Part shown: positions 29,651 to 39,734 of the stretch, piece after piece
Layout: each line of letters opens with the position of its first letter
Numbering within the stretch: the first letter of the stretch is position 1
Notes under the pieces: model-generated
Told to the model about the DNA's origin: nothing
Seen by the model: the letters and a program-made list of their open reading frames with translations, nothing else
The model's database searches: none
DNA from: Fidelibacterota bacterium
GTDB taxonomy: Bacteria > Fidelibacterota > Marinisomatia > Marinisomatales > TCS55
Direction of reading: 5' to 3'
DNA: 64,000 nt
NCBI GenBank assembly: GCA_046861385.1
Contig: JBHHTW010000007.1
Span: 11,775-75,774, forward strand
Program-made: the position numbers and the translations under genes

Positions 29651-30028
29651 ATGAAAAAACTAATCTGGATTCCCCAAGGATTATTGATCGTTATGTTTGC
29701 TATGGTTGGTTTTATGAAACTAACCCAACCCATTGAAGCCTTAAGTGCACAAATGTCGTGGGTAACCCATTTTCAACCTTGGATTGTGAGAACGATCGCT
29801 TTTTTAGAAATTCTTGGTGCCGTAGGATTATTATTGCCTGCTTTCATAAAATCATTACCATCAAAATTAATGTTTTTTGCTGCAGCGGGATTAGCATTAA
29901 CTATGGTTGGTGCTGTAATTACACATGTGGCGATCGGCGAAACCAGCCAATCAATTATTCCATTCGTTTTGTTCGCAATGTCTGCCTATGTGACTTTTTA
30001 TAGAAATAGAGAATTAGGTGAGGCTTAA
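29651..30028 (+). CDS. DoxX-family membrane protein
   Basis: Four TM segments, G.MKL, LEILGAVGL, MVGA..TH. Confidence 0.88.
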   Translation: MKKLIWIPQGLLIVMFAMVGFMKLTQPIEALSAQMSWVTHFQPWIVRTIAFLEILGAVGLLLPAFIKSLPSKLMFFAAAGLALTMVGAVITHVAIGETSQSIIPFVLFAMSAYVTFYRNRELGEA

Positions 30029-30071
30029 TTACGCTGTCCATGAAAAGTCCTATTAAAAGAATGATAAAATT

Positions 30072-30677
30072 ATGAATAAAAAAATACTGCTCTTCGCAGT
30101 GTTCGGCTTGCTTACAATAAGCTCCGCCAAGCAAAATACTGAACAATCGATTACCATTAATACACAGAACAGCACACTGGAATGGGTTGGGACTAAAGTA
30201 ACCGGGACGCATAACGGTACAATCTTAATGGAATCGGGAACTGTCCGACTAAAAGAAGACCGCTTGGTTGGGGGTACTTTTATCATCGATATGACCAGCC
30301 TTGTTAATTTGGATATTGAAACAGAAGAATGGAATCAGAAATTGGTGGGTCATTTAAAATCGGAAGATTTTTTCTCAGTAGTGTCCCACCCCACTGCCAC
30401 GTTTGAAATCACCAAAGCCCAATTTCGCCATTCCGTAAAAGCAAATGAAGCCAATTATGATATATCAGGAATTCTGACCATTAAACGTATTGCAAAAGAG
30501 GTTGGCTTTTCAGCTCTAATTGTTCAAAACAAACAGGGATATATAGCCACTGGAAAAATCGAATTAGACCGTACCCGTTGGGACATTCGCTATCGTTCCA
30601 GTAAATTTTTCGAAAATCTGGGGGATAAAATGATTCACGATATTTTCACCATAAAGTTTTCATTAAAGACTGATTAG
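30072..30677 (+). CDS. YceI-family protein
   Basis: S.LEW.G.K...HNG, HLKSEDFF.V..HPTATF, DRT.W.I.Y. Confidence 0.9.
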   Translation: MNKKILLFAVFGLLTISSAKQNTEQSITINTQNSTLEWVGTKVTGTHNGTILMESGTVRLKEDRLVGGTFIIDMTSLVNLDIETEEWNQKLVGHLKSEDFFSVVSHPTATFEITKAQFRHSVKANEANYDISGILTIKRIAKEVGFSALIVQNKQGYIATGKIELDRTRWDIRYRSSKFFENLGDKMIHDIFTIKFSLKTD

Positions 30678-30740
30678 TCTGTGGAAGGGGCGGTAAAGTA
30701 TATCCAATGGAAATTAATCGATGTCTTTGAATAAACTGAA

Positions 30741-31571
30741 ATGATGAATCAACGAAGTATCCAGCGCATTATTAACGGGGTTCAAACGTCCGATGGCGCC
30801 GGTGTAAATCTCACCCGTATTATCGGAGGACATGAATTAGATATGCTGGATCCGTTTCTTCTGTTAGATGAATTTGGCAGTAGCAATCCCGATGACTACA
30901 TCGCCGGATTTCCTCCTCATCCCCACCGTGGATTTGAAACCATTACTTATATGGTGAAAGGCAAATGGCAGCACAAAGATTCAGCCGGAAACGAAGGCCT
31001 GTTGGGAGACGGTTCTGTTCAATGGATGACCGCCGGGCGTGGAATCGTTCACAGTGAAATGCCCGTTCAAACCAATGGGCAAGTCAGGGGATTTCAGCTT
31101 TGGCTAAATCTTCCAAAAGAAAAGAAAATGGTCGAACCGGCTTATGTAGATATTCCTGCAGCCGCCATTCCCAGCGTTTCCTTCAATGGGGGATATCTCA
31201 AAGTCATTTCAGGCAGATTCAACGGGGCTATTGGTCCCGGCGCGCCACATACGGGTATGTTGTACTATGATGTTCATTTAACCAGTAATGCGGAGATTGA
31301 AATGTATATAGACGATGGCTGGAATACATTTATTTACATCTATGGGGGCAGTGTATTAGATGATCAAACAATATCTACCGGGCAACTGGCTGTATTTAAT
31401 CAACGCGGAAAATTAAAATTGAACGCAGGCGATGAAGGCGTACAATGCATTGTCGCTGCGGGGAAGCCCTTAAAGGAACCTGTGGTCAGGGGTGGCCCAT
31501 TTGTCATGAATACCCGGGGAGAGGTTCTCCAGGCTTTTTCAGACTATCAAGAAGGGATGTTTGGAATATGA
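30741..31571 (+). CDS. Pirin-family protein
   Basis: DPFLLLDEF, HPHRGFETITY, WMTAGRGIVHSEMP, GPFVMNT. Confidence 0.95.
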   Translation: MMNQRSIQRIINGVQTSDGAGVNLTRIIGGHELDMLDPFLLLDEFGSSNPDDYIAGFPPHPHRGFETITYMVKGKWQHKDSAGNEGLLGDGSVQWMTAGRGIVHSEMPVQTNGQVRGFQLWLNLPKEKKMVEPAYVDIPAAAIPSVSFNGGYLKVISGRFNGAIGPGAPHTGMLYYDVHLTSNAEIEMYIDDGWNTFIYIYGGSVLDDQTISTGQLAVFNQRGKLKLNAGDEGVQCIVAAGKPLKEPVVRGGPFVMNTRGEVLQAFSDYQEGMFGI

Positions 31572-32131
31572 ATCGATGTTCTTGGGCTGATCACAGTCCT
31601 CTATATCAAAAATACCATGATGAGGAGTGGGGCGTTCCTGCTCATGATGATAATACTTTGTTTGAATTTCTCATATTAGAAGGGGCCCAGGCAGGGTTAA
31701 GCTGGGAAACCATTTTGAAAAAACGAGACGGATACAGAGAAGCTTTCGACTATTTTGATGCAAAAAAGATATCTGTTTATTCTGAATCAAAAATTAGGAA
31801 ATTGCTTCAAAATCCGAACATTGTACGCAATAAACTCAAAGTGAATTCAGCCGTATTGAATGCCAACTTATTTCTAGATGTTCAAAAGGATTTCGGGAGT
31901 TTCGACAACTATATTTGGCAATTCACAAATGGAAAGACTATCCAAAATTCCTACCGTGATATGTCCGAAATTCCTGCAAGCACACCGGGGTCCGATGCCA
32001 TGAGTAAAGATTTAAAAAAACGCGGTTTCAAATTTATAGGAACCACCATCTGCTATGCGTTTATGCAGGCAGTGGGAATGGTTAACGATCATGTGGTCAA
32101 TTGTTTCAGGTATAAAGAGCTATCATCATGA
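31568..32131 (+). CDS. tag: DNA-3-methyladenine glycosylase I
   Basis: MNRCSW..YHDEEWG, LEGAQAGLSW, FMQAVGMVNDH...C; start ATG 31568 overlaps the pirin stop. Confidence 0.93.
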   Translation: MNRCSWADHSPLYQKYHDEEWGVPAHDDNTLFEFLILEGAQAGLSWETILKKRDGYREAFDYFDAKKISVYSESKIRKLLQNPNIVRNKLKVNSAVLNANLFLDVQKDFGSFDNYIWQFTNGKTIQNSYRDMSEIPASTPGSDAMSKDLKKRGFKFIGTTICYAFMQAVGMVNDHVVNCFRYKELSS

Positions 32132-32580
32132 AAGCCCATTATATCGGACACATTGTTTTTTATGTAAAGGAACTGGAGAGTTCACTTGCATTTTATAGAG
32201 ACCTTTTAGGGTTTAATCATATCGGAACGCTTTCCCGTCCGTTTAAAGCGGCTGCCTTAACGTCCGGAAGAACCCATCATGAGATTTTACTCATTGAAGT
32301 GGGTGAAGCTCCTCGACCTCCTAAAGGACATCGAATCGGTTTATATCATGTTGGAATCAAAATAGGTGACTCCTTAGAGGAATTAAAAGCTGCCCGGGAT
32401 GAATTAATCGAAGTGGGCGCTCCGATTACTGGTATGAGTGACCATACCGTTACTCAAAGTATTTATCTAAAAGACCCTGATGGCAACGAAGTGGAGCTTT
32501 ATGTAGATAATCCAGATATTGACTGGAAAACAGATCCTTCTGCAATTATGAAGGGTGGAATTAAACCCCTCATTCTCTAA
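32128..32580 (+). CDS. VOC/glyoxalase-family protein (ring-cleavage dioxygenase-like)
   Basis: IGHIV, HHEI, GLYHVG, SIYLKDPDGNEVELY. Confidence 0.88.
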   Translation: MKAHYIGHIVFYVKELESSLAFYRDLLGFNHIGTLSRPFKAAALTSGRTHHEILLIEVGEAPRPPKGHRIGLYHVGIKIGDSLEELKAARDELIEVGAPITGMSDHTVTQSIYLKDPDGNEVELYVDNPDIDWKTDPSAIMKGGIKPLIL

Positions 32581-35273
32581 TCTAAACTTGCCTGCGCTGC
32601 CGCTAGCCTGGCAACCGGAACGCGGAAAGGAGAGCAACTCACATAATCCAGTTTATTTTCTTTACAAAAATGAATCGAGGCAGGATCTCCTCCATGCTCA
32701 CCACAAATACCTATTTTCAATTTTGGATTCACTCCTCGGCCCAGTTTAACTGCCATGGTAACCAGCTTACCAACGCCTTTGATATCCAGGCTTTGGAATG
32801 GGTCGTGTGTTAATATTTTATTTTCCAGATAATGGGGCAGGAAGGAACCGATGTCGTCACGACTGAACCCGTAAGTGGTTTGTGTTAAATCGTTTGTACC
32901 AAAGCTAAAAAATTCAGCATGTTCTGCAATTTCATCTGCCGTCAGACATGCCCTGGGTAATTCAATCATTGTGCCCACTGTATAATCGACTTTTATATCA
33001 AACTCCTCCACTACTGATTCAGCGACAGAACGAATAATTTTTTCCTGGTTTTGGAATTCGGTTACCGTTCCCACAAGCGGTATCATAATTTCCGGATAGA
33101 CCTTTTTTCCTTCTAATGTTAGTTCTGCGGCAGCTTCCATGATAGCTCGCCCTTGCATTTCTGTTATTTCCGGATAGGCAATGCCCAAACGACAGCCTCT
33201 ATGACCAAGCATTGGGTTTAATTCGTGGAGTCCCGCGATTCGTTTTTCCACAAGACTCTTTTCAACGCCAACACGTGCAGCAAGATCTGCCGTTTGTTTA
33301 TCCGTCAGGGTTATAAATTCATGGAGAGGAGGATCCAACAAGCGGATGGTTACCGGTAGTGTTTCCATCGCAGACAAAATGCCTTTAAAATCTTTTTTCT
33401 GGTAAGGTAAAAGCTCCATCACTGCAGAACGTTTATCCTCCGGATTATTTGCCAATATCATTTTCCTCACCGCCAAAATACGTTCTTCGTCGAAAAACAT
33501 ATGCTCCGTCCGGCATAGGCCAATACCTTCTGCTCCAAACCCTCGAGCCTGGGCAACGTCCTCCGGAGTGTCTGCGTTGGTGCGAATTTTTAATGACCTA
33601 ACATCATCGGCCCAGTTCATCAATATTTTATATTCATCATGAGTTTCAGGGTCCGCGGGTATTAATTCCAATTGCCCGGAATAGACTTTACCGACTGTTC
33701 CGTTCATGGTAATCCAGTCACCTTCTTTCAGTACAATATTTTGAATATGAACCTCACGTTTTTTCAAATCTATATGCAGTGCTCCGCAACCGACGATGCA
33801 GCATTTTCCCCAGCCCCGGGCAACCAGCGCCGCGTGGGAAGTCATTCCGCCCTTGGCCGTCAGAATGGCTTCTGCTGCGTGCATACCATGAACATCTTCC
33901 GGTGATGTTTCTTCTCTGATTAAAATTACTTTTTCACCCCGATCACGCCACCGTTCCGCATCATCAGCTGTAAATACAATTCTACCTGACGCTGCCCCTG
34001 GTCCCGCCGGAAGCCCTTTTGCCAATGTGGTCGCTTTCTTCTCGCTGTCAGGATCAAGATTTGGGTGGAGAAGCTCATCCAACTGTTCGGGTTTAATTCG
34101 CATTAATGCAGTGTTTCTATTAATCAGTTTTTCGTTTGCCATATCTACTGCCATTTTAATGGCTGCGGCTCCATTCCTTTTTCCTGATCTTGTTTGCAGC
34201 ATCCACAAACGTCCATCTTGAATGGTAAATTCAATATCCTGCATATCAGTGTAATGATTTTCCAGCGTGTTCCGTATAGTCACTAACTGCTGATATGATT
34301 CTGGCATGGAAGTTTCTAGAGATGGTAAGTTTTTTGTGTCTGGTGTTTTTATTTCCTCGTTTAATGGGTTTGGAGTGCGGGTACCAGCGACCACATCTTC
34401 TCCTTGTGCGTTGGTCAGCCATTCGCCATAAAATTTATTTTCGCCCGTTGCAGGATTTCTCGTAAAAGCAACCCCGGTAGCGCTTTCGTCGCCGGTATTA
34501 CCAAAAACCATTGCCTGTACATTAACAGCTGTTCCCCACTCATCGGGTAATTTTTCAATTCGTCTATAGTTGATTGCCCTTGTTCCATTCCAGCTTTGAA
34601 AGACGGCTTTTATACCTCCCCAAAGTTGTTCCATGGGATCGTCCGGGAATTCTGTTCCTAGAGTATTTTTTATTTCTTCTTTGAAAGACTCAGACAATTG
34701 TTTCCAGTCATCTCCGGTCAAATCAGTGTCTGATGTATATTGCTTTGCGTCTTTGTGTTTATCTAACAATATTTCCAGTTTTCTGCGAATGCCTTCTCCT
34801 TCTTCCGGCTCCTCCCCGGCTGCTTTTTCCATGACCACATCTGCATACATCATAATTAACCGGCGGTAGGCGTCATAAACAAATCTGGGATTGTTTGTTT
34901 GTTTTATCAGTCCCGGGATGGTTTTAGAAGACAGTCCTACATTTAACACTGTTTCCATCATCCCCGGCATGGAAATCCTGGCTCCGGAACGGACAGAAAC
35001 AAGCAGTGGGTCGTTTTCAGAACCAAACATTTTGTCCATTTCATTTTCGATCACTTTAAGACCTGATAAAACTTGTTCTTCCAAAACATCCGGCAGCTTC
35101 TGGTCGTTGTCATAATAATGTGTACACACTTCTGTGCTGATTGTAAATCCCGGCGGCACGGGAAGTTTTAGATTGGCCATTTCGGCCAGATTCGCACCTT
35201 TGCCACCAAGAGCCTCTTTCATTTTTGCAGATCCATCTGCTTTTCCGGATAAGAACGAGTAGACGTATTTCAT
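32577..35273 (-). CDS. ppdK: Pyruvate, phosphate dikinase
   Basis: LGGKGANLAEM, GGMTSHAA, GIGLCRTEHMF, SFGTNDLTQ, GICGEHGG. Confidence 0.98.
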   Translation of the reverse strand: MKYVYSFLSGKADGSAKMKEALGGKGANLAEMANLKLPVPPGFTISTEVCTHYYDNDQKLPDVLEEQVLSGLKVIENEMDKMFGSENDPLLVSVRSGARISMPGMMETVLNVGLSSKTIPGLIKQTNNPRFVYDAYRRLIMMYADVVMEKAAGEEPEEGEGIRRKLEILLDKHKDAKQYTSDTDLTGDDWKQLSESFKEEIKNTLGTEFPDDPMEQLWGGIKAVFQSWNGTRAINYRRIEKLPDEWGTAVNVQAMVFGNTGDESATGVAFTRNPATGENKFYGEWLTNAQGEDVVAGTRTPNPLNEEIKTPDTKNLPSLETSMPESYQQLVTIRNTLENHYTDMQDIEFTIQDGRLWMLQTRSGKRNGAAAIKMAVDMANEKLINRNTALMRIKPEQLDELLHPNLDPDSEKKATTLAKGLPAGPGAASGRIVFTADDAERWRDRGEKVILIREETSPEDVHGMHAAEAILTAKGGMTSHAALVARGWGKCCIVGCGALHIDLKKREVHIQNIVLKEGDWITMNGTVGKVYSGQLELIPADPETHDEYKILMNWADDVRSLKIRTNADTPEDVAQARGFGAEGIGLCRTEHMFFDEERILAVRKMILANNPEDKRSAVMELLPYQKKDFKGILSAMETLPVTIRLLDPPLHEFITLTDKQTADLAARVGVEKSLVEKRIAGLHELNPMLGHRGCRLGIAYPEITEMQGRAIMEAAAELTLEGKKVYPEIMIPLVGTVTEFQNQEKIIRSVAESVVEEFDIKVDYTVGTMIELPRACLTADEIAEHAEFFSFGTNDLTQTTYGFSRDDIGSFLPHYLENKILTHDPFQSLDIKGVGKLVTMAVKLGRGVNPKLKIGICGEHGGDPASIHFCKENKLDYVSCSPFRVPVARLAAAQASLD

Positions 35274-35274
35274 A

Positions 35275-36681
35275 TTATACCTTTTGAATGGATAAATAGT
35301 TTGTTGTTCCCGGGACGCCGACGGGAACGCCGCCTGTTATGATATATCTGCTGTCCGGTTTGATTAGTTTTTTCTTTTTTAGAATTTTTTCCGCTATATT
35401 TGGAACATCGTCAACGCTTTGATATTCGTTAATTTTAAAAGGTGAAATTCCCCAAACGATTGACAATTTTCTGCACGTTTCAACAATGGGCGTTAGAGCC
35501 ACTACGGGGACATTGGGACGATAGCGTGAAATCATTAACGCAGTGCTCCCTGAGTAAGTCATCGTTATTATACAGGCTACAGATAGGTCGTGAGCGGCTT
35601 GTTGTGTAGCATGACTAATCGCGTTTGCGGTGTTTATTCCTCCTATGGGTCTTGGGATGGTTTCAAAGTCAATTGTTTTCTCTGTTTCAATAACCACTGT
35701 GCTCAATACATCGATTACTTCAATGGGATAATTGCCGCTTGCCGTTTCTCCCGTGACCATCAAGGCGTCTGCTCCGTCAAAAATGGCGTTTGCAATATCG
35801 CTCACTTCCGCCCGGGTTGGCACAGGTTCTTTTATCATAGACTCCAGCATTTGAGTGGCAATAATGACAGGTTTACCAAATAGATTCGCTTGTTTAATAA
35901 TTTTCTTTTGAGCAAGGGGAACCTGTTCGGGCGGCGTTTCAACGCCAAGATCTCCCCGGGCAACCATTACAGCATCAAATTTTTTTATAATTGCATCTAA
36001 ATTTTGGAGCGCTTCCCATTTTTCAATTTTTGCAATGATGGGAATTTTCGCTTTTGCTTTTTGTAATTGAGCGTCTATTTCTGCTTTATCATCAGCAGTA
36101 CGAACAAATGATAGGGCTATCCAGTCTGCCTCTTCACGGATTGCCATTTGCAAGTCTTTTTTATCCTGATCGGTTAACGCCGGAAGATTGAGCATAACGC
36201 CTGGGAAGTTTACCCCTTTACTTTTTTCAATTCTTCCTCCAAGCACAGTTGTGCATTGAAGCTTGGTTGAAGATAATTTTTTTTCAACTTTAACATGAAT
36301 ACGACCATCGTTGATTTTTATTCCGGCACCGTTCTCTATTTTGGTAAATTGTATTCCCTGGGAAATCACTACTGTATCTGATTTGGGCTTTCCTCTGCTA
36401 CTTATAAAAATTTTTTGTCCTTTTTTAATTTTAAAATCTGGTTCAACATCCTTCACGCGTATTTTGGGTCCGGATAAATCAACAATAATACAAGGCCTTT
36501 CTCCTTCCTTTAGTTTGACTTGTTTTATCAAACGGAGAAGGCGCTCTTTATCTTCCTGCTTTCCGTGAGACATGTTCACACGAAAGGCGTTGACGCCTGC
36601 TTTAACCATTTTGTTTAATTTTGGAAGGGTTGCACATGCCGGGCCAATGGTGGCAATTATTTTAGTTTTATTTGATGTCAT
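35275..36681 (-). CDS. pyk: Pyruvate kinase
   Basis: TKIIATIGPA, IIAKIE, MVARGDLGVE, ATQMLESM, PTRAEVSD. Confidence 0.97.
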   Translation of the reverse strand: MTSNKTKIIATIGPACATLPKLNKMVKAGVNAFRVNMSHGKQEDKERLLRLIKQVKLKEGERPCIIVDLSGPKIRVKDVEPDFKIKKGQKIFISSRGKPKSDTVVISQGIQFTKIENGAGIKINDGRIHVKVEKKLSSTKLQCTTVLGGRIEKSKGVNFPGVMLNLPALTDQDKKDLQMAIREEADWIALSFVRTADDKAEIDAQLQKAKAKIPIIAKIEKWEALQNLDAIIKKFDAVMVARGDLGVETPPEQVPLAQKKIIKQANLFGKPVIIATQMLESMIKEPVPTRAEVSDIANAIFDGADALMVTGETASGNYPIEVIDVLSTVVIETEKTIDFETIPRPIGGINTANAISHATQQAAHDLSVACIITMTYSGSTALMISRYRPNVPVVALTPIVETCRKLSIVWGISPFKINEYQSVDDVPNIAEKILKKKKLIKPDSRYIITGGVPVGVPGTTNYLSIQKV

Positions 36682-36721
36682 TATCTTGAAGAAATAATGT
36701 TAAAATATTCCCGTTTGACCA

Positions 36722-37105
36722 TTAGTTAATTGAAAAGGGGATTGCCAGTTTAAATGGATTAATATTGGCATCGAAATATTCTCCATTATCGCGTATCATT
36801 TGAAATGATCCCCGCATAACCCCAAACTCTGTAGATAGGGGACAATAGCTGGTGTATTCAAACGATTCTCCGGACATTAGCAGTGGTTTTTTACCAATAA
36901 CCCCCGGCCCGCGTATTTCTTCTATGTTGCCTTTGGCGTCTGTAATGTGCCAATAACGACTCATTAATTGAATATTCTCTTTTGATTCATTTGTGATTCT
37001 TATGTGATAGGCAAAAAAATAAATAGGCTTTGTCGGGTTTGATCTTCTAGGGATATATTCCGGAGAGACAGTTATCCGTATCCCGTTAGTAATAGCGTTT
37101 GACAT
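36722..37105 (-). CDS. apaG: ApaG protein
   Basis: QLMSRYWHITD, GPGVIGK.P, FEYTS.CPL.T..G.MRG. Confidence 0.93.
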   Translation of the reverse strand: MSNAITNGIRITVSPEYIPRRSNPTKPIYFFAYHIRITNESKENIQLMSRYWHITDAKGNIEEIRGPGVIGKKPLLMSGESFEYTSYCPLSTEFGVMRGSFQMIRDNGEYFDANINPFKLAIPFSIN

Positions 37106-37171
37106 TAAAATCCTAAAGCAAATATTGTTTTCAATTTATAACTTCCCTAATTGAAAATTTAAGGAAAAAGC

Positions 37172-38944
37172 ATGAATAAACTTTTGTTTCAACTGGCCAC
37201 ACTTTCTTTTCTTTTAGGTCAGAGTACAGCTACAATTGACAATAGTGAAATTACAGCAGAAGAGATAAGCGATCATATACGCTTTTTATCATCCGATCGA
37301 TTAAAAGGGCGTTATCCCGGTACGCCTGGTTCTAATACCGCTCTTCGGTATATTGAAAAAAATTGGAGAAAATTAGGCCTATTACCGAAGGGGGAGCGGG
37401 GGTTTAAACAAATTTTTCAGTTTTCAGATGATATTTCCTTGTTCGGATCCAATCGTTTGAGGATAAATGAAACAAAAGAAACTTTTCGAGTGGAAGTAGA
37501 TTTTATTCCTCTTGGGTTTTCTGGAACAGGAAAATATAACGCTCCGGTTGTTTTTGTTGGTTATGGATTTAGCGTGAAGGACAGTGTCTCCTGGAACGAT
37601 TATGATTTAATTGATGTTTCCGGTAAGTGGGTAATGATGTTTAGAGGTGGTCCCGATGGAAGCGGAAGACATTCCAAATATTCTGAATACATACCCTTAC
37701 GGAAAAAATATATGTCCGCCAGGGATAATGGCGCCATTGGTATTTTGTTTGTAAACCGATTTGACGATGAGAACCAAGATGGATTGCTTCCTCTTTCTTT
37801 TACACAATCTTCCGGCGGTAAAAAAATTGCTGCTTTGCATATTTCTCAATCGCTGGCAGAATTATTGTTACCAGAGGGTGTTTCCCTGATCGATTTACAA
37901 GCAAAACTTGATGAGGATAAGGCATCTGCATCCATATCAACCCCTTATTCTTTATCAGCAAAAATTGGATTAAAAGAAAAAAAAGTTAATGGGGTTAATT
38001 TGGTTGGCTATATCCCCGGTGACGGTTCAACCGACGAAGTAATTATCATTGGCGGCCATAGAGACCATCTTGGTTTTGGCGGTAAAAACAGCGGTTCATT
38101 AAGTCCTTATGAGCACGCTGTTCACAATGGCGCAGATGACAACGCCTCGGGAATTGCAGGGCTGATAGAGCTTGCCGAAAAATTTTCTGTCCATTCAGAC
38201 CCTCTTAAGCGGGGTCTTTTGTTCATTGCTTTTGATGGAGAAGAGAAAGGGCTTCTTGGATCTAAATACTTTGTAGAAAACCCAACCGTAGATATCACAA
38301 ACATCGCCGTTATGATTAATATGGATATGATCGGTCGATTGAAAGATTCTTCATTGTCCGTTGGGGGAACCGGAACATCTCCTGCTTTTGAACCAATGCT
38401 GGATTCACTACAAAATAAACACCATTTAAAACTTTCCTACAATCAGGGAGGCTATGGCCCTAGCGATCATAGTAGTTTTTACACAAAAGAGTCTCCTGTC
38501 TTGTTTTTCTTCACTGGAGCCCATGAGGATTATCACAAACCTTCGGACGACTGGGAAAAAATCAATTTTCAAGGCGAAAAACAAATCCTCGATCTTGTGT
38601 ACGATATGATGGTTGCTCTTTCCAATAGAGAGGCTCGACCTCTTTTTACAGAGGCGGGTTCAAAGAACCCCTCTTCCTCTCGACGAAGTTTTAAGGTAAC
38701 ATTTGGTATAATCCCATCTTATACGGGTACGGGGCCCGGATTTACCATAGACGGGGTTCGTCCCGACGGCCCGGCAGCTAAAGCGGGGATGGTTGGCGGT
38801 GATGCTATTATTGAAATCGGGGGCAAACCAGTAGAGGATATTTACGATTATATGTATCGTCTTGGAGAGCTCAAACTTGGGCAAACCGTTGAAGTAAAAG
38901 TCCGGCGGGGAAGCGAAGCGTTAGTTTTCTCAGTGACCCTTTGA
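37172..38944 (+). CDS. M28 peptidase with PA and PDZ domains
   Basis: GGHRDHLG, NGADDNASG, GEEKGLLGS, NMDMIG, SDH, YH..SD; C-terminal PDZ. Confidence 0.92.
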   Translation: MNKLLFQLATLSFLLGQSTATIDNSEITAEEISDHIRFLSSDRLKGRYPGTPGSNTALRYIEKNWRKLGLLPKGERGFKQIFQFSDDISLFGSNRLRINETKETFRVEVDFIPLGFSGTGKYNAPVVFVGYGFSVKDSVSWNDYDLIDVSGKWVMMFRGGPDGSGRHSKYSEYIPLRKKYMSARDNGAIGILFVNRFDDENQDGLLPLSFTQSSGGKKIAALHISQSLAELLLPEGVSLIDLQAKLDEDKASASISTPYSLSAKIGLKEKKVNGVNLVGYIPGDGSTDEVIIIGGHRDHLGFGGKNSGSLSPYEHAVHNGADDNASGIAGLIELAEKFSVHSDPLKRGLLFIAFDGEEKGLLGSKYFVENPTVDITNIAVMINMDMIGRLKDSSLSVGGTGTSPAFEPMLDSLQNKHHLKLSYNQGGYGPSDHSSFYTKESPVLFFFTGAHEDYHKPSDDWEKINFQGEKQILDLVYDMMVALSNREARPLFTEAGSKNPSSSRRSFKVTFGIIPSYTGTGPGFTIDGVRPDGPAAKAGMVGGDAIIEIGGKPVEDIYDYMYRLGELKLGQTVEVKVRRGSEALVFSVTL

Positions 38945-39730
38945 TTTAATCGAATCCCGGAGTTCATTGCGGAGCGCTAATACTGCTTTCACGTAATTAT
39001 CAGAATGGTTATATGAGTAGACAGCTTTATACACCTTCTCTTGGTTTTCATAATCGTTTGAAGGATAGCCGTTTTTAACTAAATAATTGGCGATACTGGC
39101 CATCACGTCGGGCCATTCATAGGCCTGGCGTACGCCGTCTCCGTCAAAATCAACCGCAAATCGATTAAAACTAGATGGAATAAATTGTCCATAACCAAAT
39201 GCGCCTGCATAAGAGCCGTAAATACTGTGAGGAGGAATTGAGTCTTGATAACAATAGTACAAAAATTCTATTAATTCCGTTGTTGCCCAGTTTGCTCTCT
39301 TGGGCATTTCTGAAATTTGTGTATATAATGAGTTGAAAACTGTAAACTGTTTGTGGTGACTGCCGTAATTACTTTCTATCCCCACAATGCTTAATATTAA
39401 AAAGAGGTCAACGCCGTAGCTTTTAGATACTTTTACAAGTGTATTCTGTTGTTCTTTATAAAATTCACTGCCTTTGTTTATTCGTGAAGGTTTTACGAAT
39501 AATTTTTTGTATTCTTCCCATGATTTGCTTTCGTAGGGTTTTGCAAAGCGCTCGAGGATTTCTTTATGTATCTGGATATTTTCATTGTCTAACGCCCGTT
39601 GAAGATATTCCTCCGAAACGCCTTTTTTCATCGCCCTCTCTTTTATAACATGGTAAACGGAATCTTTAGTTAGTGCATAAGAATTATTGATTAACAATAC
39701 TGTTAATAATATGAATATGGTTGGGTGCAT
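38930..39730 (-). CDS. Lytic murein transglycosylase (MltB-like)
   Basis: GIESNYG, GSYAGAFGYGQFIPSS, DFDGDG, YNHS..YV; start set to MHPTIF signal peptide. Confidence 0.9.
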   Translation of the reverse strand: MHPTIFILLTVLLINNSYALTKDSVYHVIKERAMKKGVSEEYLQRALDNENIQIHKEILERFAKPYESKSWEEYKKLFVKPSRINKGSEFYKEQQNTLVKVSKSYGVDLFLILSIVGIESNYGSHHKQFTVFNSLYTQISEMPKRANWATTELIEFLYYCYQDSIPPHSIYGSYAGAFGYGQFIPSSFNRFAVDFDGDGVRQAYEWPDVMASIANYLVKNGYPSNDYENQEKVYKAVYSYNHSDNYVKAVLALRNELRDSIKSKGH

Positions 39731-39734
39731 TTTA

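Noticed and set aside
31445-31567. ORF-track N-terminal extension of tag (similar extensions on the MltB-like, psuG and 1249-3663 ORFs)
   Set aside because: The extensions overlap neighbouring genes or precede better RBS/signal-peptide starts.
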